From Myxococcota bacterium (lineage in GTDB: Bacteria; Myxococcota_A; UBA9160; UBA4427): a stretch of 36,067 nt of DNA. The stretch spans positions 1-36,067 of the forward strand of contig JBCCZJ010000003.1 in the NCBI GenBank assembly GCA_039187915.1, written 5' to 3'. Shown piece by piece: positions 9,147-17,922 of this stretch (its first letter is position 1; each line of letters starts with the position of its first letter). The notes below the pieces were generated by a model that worked only from the letters and a program-made list of their open reading frames with translations, had not been told where the DNA came from and searched no databases. The translations under genes were made by a program, and so were the position numbers.

Positions 9147-10397
9147 TCAGCGCGGGGCTTCGCGCTCGCGGAGCCAGCGCAGCGCCTGCGCGATCCCCGA
9201 CAGCATCATTTTCCCGTGATCGAGGTCGCCGAGCGAGACGGCTTCCGCCTCGGCGCCTCGCGCGCGCAGGGCGCCCGCGCCCGCCCGGGCCTCGGCACGG
9301 GAGACGTCGACGTCGTCGTTGCCGAAGAGGAAGCGGATCGGCGCCTCGGGGGTCCAGTCGAGGACCGAATTCGCGGCGAGGGCGTCGGTGAACCAGTGCG
9401 CGCCGCCCGCCGCGTACGCTTCGAGGAAGTCGGCGCGAAACAACCGTCGAGGATCCTCGGGAAGCGCCGCGACGATCTCGGACGTCGCATGGTGCCCGTC
9501 GAAGACGTCCCAGATCCGCTCGGCGTATTCCTCGGCGAGCAGCGTCTCGAGGGGCCGGTCGTAGGCCATCGCATAGGCGCTCGCGGTGTACGCCAGGTAG
9601 AACGCATGGGACGGCGCCGTCCCCGTGAGCGCCTGGGCGAGGCTGATCCCGCGCAGGTCCGTCGGTCCCGAGATCGACACGCTGGCCTCCACCTTCATCT
9701 CGTCTCGGGCGAGGCCTTCGAGCGCACGGTGGGCCGCGAGGGTCGAGTACCCGCCCTGTGAATAGCCCATCAGGAAGAGCGGGTCGGGGCGGTCGATCGA
9801 GAGCGACTCGAGCAGGGCATCGCTCGCCCGGATCAGGTCGATCGAGGCGGACGCCTCCGTGACCGCGTGCAGGTACGGGTGGCGGTCCTCGCTGCCGCCG
9901 AGGCCGACGTAGTCCGGGGCGATCAGCAGGCTTCGCGTCCCGGCGATGGTGGAAGACAGCAGGAAGCTTCGCCGGGAGAGGGGATACGAGGGGACATTCT
10001 CGCGATTCGCGCTCGTGCCGTGGTGGTAGACGATCGTGCTGCGGAACGGGCGTCGGTGCGGGATCGCGACGAGTCCGCTCGCCACGACGAGGCGGCCGTC
10101 GACGCCCGGCGTGCGGTAGCGGAGTCGGTAGAGCGTGGCGCCGCTCTCGATGGCTTCGAACTCCCGGAGTCGCGCGTAGCGCGGCGTCGCCAGTGCGGTG
10201 ACGAGGCGATAGGCGAGCACCGGGTAGCGCGCGACGCGTTCGGCGCCCAGCAGGTCGCCGCGAGCGGCCGCCGGCGACGGCGCGGGCACGTCGATCGCGA
10301 CGATCCGGACCGCGTCGAGCACGCAGGCGCCTGCGACGAGCGCGGTGAGCACGCAGACGACGCCAGCGCGCGCGAGCGTGGGGCGTAGGCCTGACAT
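9147..10397 (-). CDS. Secreted alpha/beta hydrolase (secretory lipase-like)
   Basis: GGAG RBS; N-terminal hydrophobic segment; ASGLVAIP, HHGT, PDYVGLG, nucleophile elbow GYSQGG, C-terminal DHG. Confidence 0.85.
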   Translation of the reverse strand: MSGLRPTLARAGVVCVLTALVAGACVLDAVRIVAIDVPAPSPAAARGDLLGAERVARYPVLAYRLVTALATPRYARLREFEAIESGATLYRLRYRTPGVDGRLVVASGLVAIPHRRPFRSTIVYHHGTSANRENVPSYPLSRRSFLLSSTIAGTRSLLIAPDYVGLGGSEDRHPYLHAVTEASASIDLIRASDALLESLSIDRPDPLFLMGYSQGGYSTLAAHRALEGLARDEMKVEASVSISGPTDLRGISLAQALTGTAPSHAFYLAYTASAYAMAYDRPLETLLAEEYAERIWDVFDGHHATSEIVAALPEDPRRLFRADFLEAYAAGGAHWFTDALAANSVLDWTPEAPIRFLFGNDDVDVSRAEARAGAGALRARGAEAEAVSLGDLDHGKMMLSGIAQALRWLREREAPR

Positions 10398-10718
10398 GGA
10401 GAGGCTCCTACACGGGGGAGGGCGGTTCGCGGCCCACCCAGCTTAGTCGAGCGGGCGGTGGCCTTTCCAAGCGCGCCGCGATCCGTGGCGACTCGGGTTC
10501 GGGCCGGGTCCGGAACAAGCGCTCCAGCCGAAACCTGTGCTCGATCCGGCCCGGATCTCCGGGAGTCCGTCTCGCAAGCACCCGGATGTTCGACGGGCCG
10601 GCCTGATCCGTCGCTTCAGGCGACCGTTATTTCGTTCCGGGGGAGCGATTCCGGGAAAAAACCGCCCCGGCGGGCGAGGATGGGGATAGAATGGGGCCTC
10701 CTGGGAAAAGGGGGCTTC

Positions 10719-11504
10719 ATGCCTACGCTGCTTGCTGTTTCACGCTCTTGCTCGCTCCTCCTCGCCGCCGGCCTCGTCCTGCTCGCCGGAAGCGCCTCGG
10801 CCATCACCCTCGACTTCGAGGGCCTGGTCAACGGGGAGAACCCGAACCCGACCGGCGGCACCGCCGGCACATTCCTGTTCGCGACGCCGATCGCCAACGT
10901 CACGATCGGCAGCCCCGACCTCGCGGGCGTCGCCGCCTTCGACACGTCGACGACGGGGCCGAACGCGGGCGGTCCGGATCCCGACCTGCTGGTCGATTCC
11001 GGGATCGCGCTGATCGTCCAGAACATGAACGTCACGACGCAGACCGTCCCCGGCATCTTCGATACGCCGAACGACGATCCGGGGGACAACCTGATCTCGG
11101 TCGTCTTCGATCAGGCGGTGACGGTCCTGAGCCTCGACGTGATCGACATCAACGGCAACGGTCCGGCCGAGGTCCGGCTGCGCGACAGCGCGGGGCTCGT
11201 CCGGCTCTACGACCTCACGATGAACTTCACCGGGGATCCGGTCGACGGATTCCCGGGCATCCTGACCCTCGATACGCTGCTCGAAGCGGATCAGGTCGGT
11301 GTCGGTCCGCTCCTGAGCGGGGGCGCCACGCCGATGGCGTTCTTCAGCGAGGACGCGGGCTTCGACCCGACGGACGTGGTCGGGATCGACTACAACCTGT
11401 TCGGTTCCGGCGCGCTCGACAACCTCGTCTTCGTCCCCGAACCCGGTACGGCCCTGCTGCTCGGCCTCGGTCTCGCGGGACTGGCGCACCGGCCGCGTCG
11501 CTAG
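10719..11504 (+). CDS. PEP-CTERM sorting domain protein
   Basis: Signal peptide ending SASA followed by ITLDFE; C-terminal VPEPGTALLLGLGLAGLAHRPRR. Confidence 0.9.
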   Translation: MPTLLAVSRSCSLLLAAGLVLLAGSASAITLDFEGLVNGENPNPTGGTAGTFLFATPIANVTIGSPDLAGVAAFDTSTTGPNAGGPDPDLLVDSGIALIVQNMNVTTQTVPGIFDTPNDDPGDNLISVVFDQAVTVLSLDVIDINGNGPAEVRLRDSAGLVRLYDLTMNFTGDPVDGFPGILTLDTLLEADQVGVGPLLSGGATPMAFFSEDAGFDPTDVVGIDYNLFGSGALDNLVFVPEPGTALLLGLGLAGLAHRPRR

Positions 11505-11862
11505 CCGCGCCCGCGCCGCCGGGCGCGGACGCCGGCCGACGAGCGCAGCCGCGCCGCTCGGCTTAGAGCCCGGGAAAGGCGCGCGGTGGAGCGCGTGACG
11601 ACGTGCTCCCGGAGCGTCGCGACGCGTCCGATCCCTGGGACCGAACCCCGCGACGACGACGTACGGGTCGTCCTGGACCGCTCCGCCCGCCGGCGAAGCG
11701 CGCGAATGGCCCAAGGCCACCGCGAGCGAAGGCGCCTCGGACCCTCTGGCGCGCGCGCCGGGCGGACGCGTCGGCCGACGCCGAGTCGTCTCGATCTCCG
11801 TTGCTCGAAGGTACGGAGTCGAGGCGCAGGGGAGGCGCACGATCGAAACGATCGAGATCTTC

Positions 11863-13104
11863 CTAGGCGAAGCCGAAGAGCGCCGGCAGGGCGAAGATCA
11901 CGAAGAGCGTCCAGACCAGGAAGGCGGGCAGGACTCCCGCGACGAAACGGCGGAGCGCGTCGTGTGCGCCACGCCCCGTCACGAAGCGCGTCAGATGGAC
12001 CGCCACGCCGGCGAGGAAGACGAAGAGCAGCAGGTTCTCGCCGAGGACGGCGACGCGGTTCGGCGTCCACCCGCCCTCGATCGTCCGGTAGAGGATCGAG
12101 AACAAGGCGAGCGCGTCGACGGCGACGGCGATCCAGGCGATGCCCGCCTGGATCGAACCGATCCACCGGCTCCGGCTCTCCGGTTGGGGGGAGAGCGTCG
12201 CCAGCGCGATCAGCGCCGCAGCCGCGGCGAGCATGGCGTTCAGCACGATCAGCGCGGCGCGATCCTCGTGCGGGCTGCGGCCGGTCCAGAGGATCGCCAG
12301 CGCGTACGCCCCGAGCGTGGCGAGGGCGAGCGGCGAAAAGATCCGGGCGAGCTGGGGCGCGAGCGCTTCGCCTCGGAACTCGCGCGCGCGGGCCAGGCCG
12401 GCGGCGACGATCGGCGAGGCCGCCAGTCCGACCAACACGACGTTCTCGTAGTACCACGGGGCGATCTCGATCTCGATCACCGAGAACATCGCGACCGTGA
12501 GCGCGGTGAGCAGCACGCCGCCGAGGAGGATGGCCCCGGTGAAGACGAGGACTTCGCCCGACCGGAGCACGTAGTCGATCCGGAAGGCCTCGCGTCGCCA
12601 GCGATCGCCGGCCGCCCAGATCCCGACCAACGCCCAGAGCAGGAGCGGCGTGTGGATCAGCACGAGGTCTCCGGTGGACGAGGTCCCGATCGGGATCGTG
12701 AGGCCCAGCGAGAGCGCACCGATCGCGATTCCGTACACGCCGAGGTCCGCCTTGCGGGACCGCGCGCCTCGCTGCCGGAGGACGAGGGCGACGGGGACGA
12801 AGACGATCCAGGCGGCGGTTCGCGCGACCCATGCATCGTCTTCCAGAAGCGTCATCATGCGGATGCCGAAGCCGGCGACCAGCGCGAGCGCGGCGACCTC
12901 GAACCAGTCGACGCGCGAGGTCGCCGTCTCTCCTTCGCCGTGGCTCGGCTCGAGGTCGAGTCGCGCCCGCCACGCGCGCGCGATCGCATGCCCGGCGCGC
13001 GTGCCGGAGAGGGCGACCAGCTCCGCGCGGAAGGCCTCCGGATCGGCTCGGTACTGCCTCTCGAGGGCTTCGGGTTCGTCGAGGGGCAGCGTGTTCTCGG
13101 TCAT
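11863..13104 (-). CDS. Multi-pass membrane protein, DUF4153-like
   Basis: N-terminal PEALERQYRADP...AWRARL; many TM helices; REALIxxN-like and GWTPNRVAVLGENL motifs; GGGAG RBS before ATG at 13104. Confidence 0.65.
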   Translation of the reverse strand: MTENTLPLDEPEALERQYRADPEAFRAELVALSGTRAGHAIARAWRARLDLEPSHGEGETATSRVDWFEVAALALVAGFGIRMMTLLEDDAWVARTAAWIVFVPVALVLRQRGARSRKADLGVYGIAIGALSLGLTIPIGTSSTGDLVLIHTPLLLWALVGIWAAGDRWRREAFRIDYVLRSGEVLVFTGAILLGGVLLTALTVAMFSVIEIEIAPWYYENVVLVGLAASPIVAAGLARAREFRGEALAPQLARIFSPLALATLGAYALAILWTGRSPHEDRAALIVLNAMLAAAAALIALATLSPQPESRSRWIGSIQAGIAWIAVAVDALALFSILYRTIEGGWTPNRVAVLGENLLLFVFLAGVAVHLTRFVTGRGAHDALRRFVAGVLPAFLVWTLFVIFALPALFGFA

Positions 13105-13379
13105 GTGTTTCTCCCGCGTGAGACAGACCCGCGCCAGACGCTTCGCGTTCCGTCGAACGCGAAGGGCGGCGATCCCGGCTGGGCCTGGTTCTTCGCGCTC
13201 GAGCCGCGCTGAGGCGCGGCGAGCATTCGACCCGCTTCGTCCGCACCGAGGCATGCGCCGCGCCCGCGGAGCGGAGCCGTCTCGATTCCCTATCGTCCGA
13301 TCGGGTGCGTTCCGGACGATCCCGGCTCCCGGCGGTGCGCTGCGCGCCGCCTTTCCCGAAGCGCTGCACGAACGCCACG

Positions 13380-14444
13380 ATGGACCCGATCAGCCAGGCC
13401 GCCCTCGGCGCCGCCGCCGCCCAGTCGCTCTCGCGCCCCGAACACGTCCTGCGCGCCGGCGTCCTCGGTGCGCTCGCGGGCATGGCGCCCGACCTCGACG
13501 TCCTGATCCGCTCGTCCGAGGACCCGCTGCTCTTCCTCGAGTACCACCGGCAATTCACCCATTCCCTCTTCTTCGTCCCGATCGGCGCGCTCGCCTGCGC
13601 GCTCGTGCTCCGCCCGCTCGTCGCGCGCGACCTGTCGTGGCGCACGGTCTACCTCTACTGCCTCTTCGGCTTCGCCACCCACGGTCTCCTCGACGGCTGC
13701 ACCTCCTACGGCACGCAGCTGCTCTGGCCCTTCACGGAGCTCCGCGTCGCCTGGAACAACGTCTCCATCATCGACCCGCTCTTCACGCTCCCGCTGGCCG
13801 GAATCGCTCTCCTCGCGGCGAAGACCGGCCGCCCCGGACGCGCGCGGATCGCCTTCGCCTGGGCGATCGCCTATCTGCTGCTCGGCGTCGTCCAACGCGA
13901 GCGCGTCGAGTCCGTCGGCCTCGCGCTCGCGGAGCGCCGCGGACACGCGCCCGCGCGGGTCGATGCCAAGCCGGCCTTCGGCAGTCTCCTGCTCTGGAAG
14001 ACGATCTACGAAACGGACGGCCGATTCCATGTCGACGCGGTCCACCTCGTCCTGCGCCCGACGATCTACGAGGGCGAGCGCCGCGAGCGGCTCTCGATCC
14101 CGCGCGATCTCCCCTGGCTGGACCCCGAGAGCCAGCAGGCGCGCTCGCTCGAGCGCTTCCGCTGGTTCTCGAGCGATGCGCTCGCCCTCGATGCGAGGCG
14201 TCCCGACACGGTGATCGATCTCCGCTACTCGATGCTGCCGAACCGGATCGATCCCTTGTGGGCCCTCGAGCTGGACCCCACGGCGGCCGCCGCCGCGCAT
14301 CCGGCCTTCGTGACGTTCCGCAAGCTCACGCCGGCGGATCGGCGGACGTTCTTCGCGATGCTGCGCGGGGCCGACCTCTCAGCCGACCTCGGGGCCGCGT
14401 CCGGCGGCCCGACGAGCGAAGCAGAGGCCCATCGCCTCCGATGA
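13380..14444 (+). CDS. Inner-membrane metal-dependent hydrolase (YdjM/DUF457-like)
   Basis: MDPISQAALGA, APDLD, HRQFTHSL and THGLLDGCTSYGTQLLWPF motifs. Confidence 0.9.
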   Translation: MDPISQAALGAAAAQSLSRPEHVLRAGVLGALAGMAPDLDVLIRSSEDPLLFLEYHRQFTHSLFFVPIGALACALVLRPLVARDLSWRTVYLYCLFGFATHGLLDGCTSYGTQLLWPFTELRVAWNNVSIIDPLFTLPLAGIALLAAKTGRPGRARIAFAWAIAYLLLGVVQRERVESVGLALAERRGHAPARVDAKPAFGSLLLWKTIYETDGRFHVDAVHLVLRPTIYEGERRERLSIPRDLPWLDPESQQARSLERFRWFSSDALALDARRPDTVIDLRYSMLPNRIDPLWALELDPTAAAAAHPAFVTFRKLTPADRRTFFAMLRGADLSADLGAASGGPTSEAEAHRLR

Positions 14445-14537
14445 GGGTCCCGAACCGTCCGATCTGAGAGCGTCTTCACAGAGCGCGCGCGCCGTCGGCC
14501 GTAGGTTGAGGAGGTCGAAGCCGGCATCCCGCGAGGC

Positions 14538-14807
14538 GTGATCGTGTCCACCCGCATCCTTCTCTTCATCCTCCTCCGCCTGCACTGGTCGCTGCTGGAC
14601 CTCGTGCACGAGGACGCGCGCTGGCAGCGACTCGCCGACGGGCCCGAGGTCAGGGCCGAGCGCCTCCTGGAGATCGTCTCGGCGTCGACCGGCGACGCGG
14701 GCCTCGCGGGATCGGCCCTCCGGATCGATGCCCCGCGGAGCCGATCGGGGGAGGGGCAGGGCGGTCCGGCGGCGGGCGATCCCGCGTCGGTGGCGATCGC
14801 GGCCTGA
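14538..14807 (+). CDS. Small hypothetical protein (89 aa)
   Basis: GAGG upstream; strong GC3 codon bias; hydrophobic N-terminus; fills an otherwise empty intergenic gap. Confidence 0.45.
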   Translation: MIVSTRILLFILLRLHWSLLDLVHEDARWQRLADGPEVRAERLLEIVSASTGDAGLAGSALRIDAPRSRSGEGQGGPAAGDPASVAIAA

Positions 14808-14843
14808 GGCGACGCGGCCGCGAGCAGGCGACCTGCGTTCGGC

Positions 14844-15329
14844 TCAGCCCGTGCGCGTGTAGGCGAGCTCGACGGCCTTTGCTTCCTGGCCGTCGGGCGT
14901 CCGATTGTAGGCCGTGAGGGTCAGGTGGTCGTCGTCCAACAGGCGGTACTCGGTGCGCCAGCCCCAGGCGTCGCCGGGCTTCCCGTCCTCGCCCGCGACG
15001 TCGTACTGCCCCGACACGCAGAAGCCGAGGGCGGGGCCCGCGAGCGGCTCTCCTTCGGAGAAGAGCAGGCCGTAGCTCATGTGGGGGACGTCGACCCAGG
15101 CGACCTGGTAGCGGCCGGTCACGCGGTTCCGAGCGATCCACTCTTCGCCCGACCGAGGCTCGCCCAGGAGCGTTCCAGAATACACGTGCCGGATCGCGGC
15201 GCCGCCCGGCATCGCGCGGAAGGTGCCGGTCACCGCCGACGTGTCGGCCAACACGCCCGGCTGGAACCAGGTCTGGCAGGTCCCGCGCCAGGCGCCCAGG
15301 AGTCTCGTCAGGAGATCGTCTTCGGTCAT
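14844..15329 (-). CDS. DUF1579-like beta-barrel protein
   Basis: LLGAWRGTCQTWFQPG, WVDVPHM, WGWRTEY and LTAYNRTPDGQE motifs. Confidence 0.75.
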   Translation of the reverse strand: MTEDDLLTRLLGAWRGTCQTWFQPGVLADTSAVTGTFRAMPGGAAIRHVYSGTLLGEPRSGEEWIARNRVTGRYQVAWVDVPHMSYGLLFSEGEPLAGPALGFCVSGQYDVAGEDGKPGDAWGWRTEYRLLDDDHLTLTAYNRTPDGQEAKAVELAYTRTG

Positions 15330-15637
15330 CGCGCGGAGAGCGTACTCCAGAGCGCGCGAGACGGGCTCGAAGGAGATTTCGGCCCCCCTGTGAAGGCCTT
15401 CACGGAGCGGAGGGCGCACACGTTCGATCCTTCGAAGGAGCGATTCAGCGGAGCGCATGCAGAGTGCGTGTTCTTCGCGAGCCGGTCGGTTCGAGCCCGT
15501 CGAATCGCATCCGGCCTTCACATCCGGTTCCAGCCCCGCGGCGAGAACGCTCGTCCTTCGGGCAGGAGCCCCGCGTCGACCGATCGCCGAACCCGGTTTC
15601 GGCGATCTCCGGCGGCTTCGAGGGAGGTCCGAAGATC

Positions 15638-17767
15638 ATGCAACTCAACCCAGACCTGCGCTCGCGCCTGCTGAGCGCGTGCGCGCTTCTCCTGCTGTCG
15701 CTCGTGGGCGCGCCGCTGGCGAGCGTGGCCCACGAGCAGAGCTACGGATTCGCCTGGGCTTCGCAGTCGTCCAGCCCGTCCTACGAAGTCGGGAACACGG
15801 TCTTTGCCTACAACGATGCCGGCGGCGACATCCGGATCGAACGGATCGGGACGGGCCGTTACACCGTCGACTTCCTGGAGCTGGGCGAGCTGCCCGGCGG
15901 AGGTGGACATGTCCAGGTCACGGCCTACGGCACTTCGAGCGACTACTGCAAGGTGGCCTCGTGGACCGAAACCCGGGTTTCGGTCCTCTGCTTCGATCAG
16001 TCGGGCAGTGCGACCGACTCGCTGTTCAACGTGATCTATCTGCGTCCGCAGGCGAACGACACCCAGTACGCCTACACCTGGGCGGCCAGCCCGACCTCCC
16101 CGTCCTACACCCCGCTGTCGTTCTACACGCACAACGGCGGGAGCAGTGCGCCGGTCGCGGTGACGCGCTCCTCGACGGGGGTCTACGAGGTCTCGTTCGC
16201 GGACTTCGGGCTCGTGGGAAGCGGCGGCGGACACGTCCAGGTGACCGCATACGGCAGCGGCAACAGCCGTTGTCAGGTCCGCAGCTGGGGCGGGGGGAAC
16301 GCGACGGTCCTCTGCTTCTCGCCGAGCGGCGCTCCGGCGGATTCGGCCTTCAACGTCCTGATCTGGCGTCCCGATGCGGGCGACGACGGCGTCGCCTTCG
16401 CCTGGGCCGATGCGGATTCGTCGGCGAGCTACTCCCCGGCGAGCCTCTACGCGTACGAGCCGAACGGCGGCGCCATCACTGCCTCGCGATCCGGCACCGG
16501 GGACTATTCCATGTCGTTCTCGGGATTCGAAGACGTCGGCGTGGGGGGCGGGCACGTCCTCGTCACCGCCTACGGGATCTCGGACATCCGCTGCAAGGTC
16601 CGGAACTGGGACAGCTCGACGGTGAACGTGCGATGTCACGACGCGTCCGGGAATCCGGCGGACAGCCGGTACGCCGTCATGTTCCTGCGCCCGCCCAAGA
16701 AGACGTGGGCCCGCAACTTCGCCTACGCCTGGGGAGACGCTCCGACCGCCTCGTCGTATGACGTGACGGACCGGCCTTGGACCTTCAACCGCTCGGGCTA
16801 CGGCACGACGATCGAACGACTCGGGACCGGGGACTACCGGGTGCGATTCGATTCGTTCGACTTCATTCCCGGGGGTGGGAACGTCCAGGCGAACGCCTAC
16901 GGAAACTCCGGCAACTACTGCAACGTGATCGGCTGGTCCGCGGGCTACGCGGACGTCGGCTGTTTCGACTCGAGCGGGACGCCGGCCGACACGCTGTTCT
17001 CGGTCTTCTACCTGAAGGCCGAAGACATCGAGACCGCGGCCGCCTACGCGTGGGCCAACAACGCGACCGCGCCGAGCTATACGCTCGCCGGAGCCTACGC
17101 GAACAATCCCGGCGGCGGAGCGATCAACGCCGCTCGGACGTCCGTTGGCACCTACTCGATCGAGTTCGAGGACTTCGACGACTTCGGATCGGGCGGCGGC
17201 CATCCCCAGGTATCCGCCTACGGCTTCGGGAACGATGCACGCTGCAAGACCACGGGCTGGACCAACACCACGGTCTTCGTCCAGTGCACCGATCCGGCCG
17301 GCTTCCTGGTCGACTCACGCTATTCGGTGCTGTTCGTGCGGCCGGACGAGAAGGACTTCTCGCTCGGCTTCGCCTGGGCGAGCGAGGCCAGCACGCTGGC
17401 CTACGCGCCGCCTTCGACCTACGCCTTCAACTCGGCCGACGGTGGGATCACCGCCAGCCGGACGGGCACCGGGGAGTACACCCTCCTTTGGTTCGGGCTC
17501 GAGGAGCAGGGCATCGACGGCGGCAACGTCCAGGTGACCAGCTATGGCCTGAGTGACGCGTATTGCAACGTCGGCTTCTGGGGGACCGGGAACGCGACCG
17601 TGAACTGCTTCGACGCGTCGGGCACCCCGACGGACAGCCAGTTCAACGCGATGTTCGTGAAGGCCACGCCCGTTCCGGAGCCGGCGCTCGGATGCCTGCT
17701 GGGATCCGGCGGGCTCGGGCTGGCCCTGCTCGGCGTCCGCCGGCGATCCTCGGAGCCGAAGCCGTAG
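15638..17767 (+). CDS. PEP-CTERM protein with six tandem ~105-aa Cys-containing repeat domains
   Basis: GGGAGG RBS; signal peptide; six repeats of AWA...SY...R..TG.Y...F...GG.VQVTAYG....C....W....V.C....G...DS.F; C-terminal VPEPALGCLLGSGGLGLALLGVRRR. Confidence 0.9.
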   Translation: MQLNPDLRSRLLSACALLLLSLVGAPLASVAHEQSYGFAWASQSSSPSYEVGNTVFAYNDAGGDIRIERIGTGRYTVDFLELGELPGGGGHVQVTAYGTSSDYCKVASWTETRVSVLCFDQSGSATDSLFNVIYLRPQANDTQYAYTWAASPTSPSYTPLSFYTHNGGSSAPVAVTRSSTGVYEVSFADFGLVGSGGGHVQVTAYGSGNSRCQVRSWGGGNATVLCFSPSGAPADSAFNVLIWRPDAGDDGVAFAWADADSSASYSPASLYAYEPNGGAITASRSGTGDYSMSFSGFEDVGVGGGHVLVTAYGISDIRCKVRNWDSSTVNVRCHDASGNPADSRYAVMFLRPPKKTWARNFAYAWGDAPTASSYDVTDRPWTFNRSGYGTTIERLGTGDYRVRFDSFDFIPGGGNVQANAYGNSGNYCNVIGWSAGYADVGCFDSSGTPADTLFSVFYLKAEDIETAAAYAWANNATAPSYTLAGAYANNPGGGAINAARTSVGTYSIEFEDFDDFGSGGGHPQVSAYGFGNDARCKTTGWTNTTVFVQCTDPAGFLVDSRYSVLFVRPDEKDFSLGFAWASEASTLAYAPPSTYAFNSADGGITASRTGTGEYTLLWFGLEEQGIDGGNVQVTSYGLSDAYCNVGFWGTGNATVNCFDASGTPTDSQFNAMFVKATPVPEPALGCLLGSGGLGLALLGVRRRSSEPKP

Positions 17768-17922
17768 CCCGAGGATCGTCTCCTCGAGGGAGGCAGCCGG
17801 GTCCGTCCCGTCGCGAGCGCGCGACGGGGCGCCCCGGCTGCGTCCGCGAGGGGGACGAAGACCCGCCCTGTCGCAGGCCGATCGACCGGGTCTCGGCTCC
17901 CCGGGGCACGGCGCGTCGCGGA

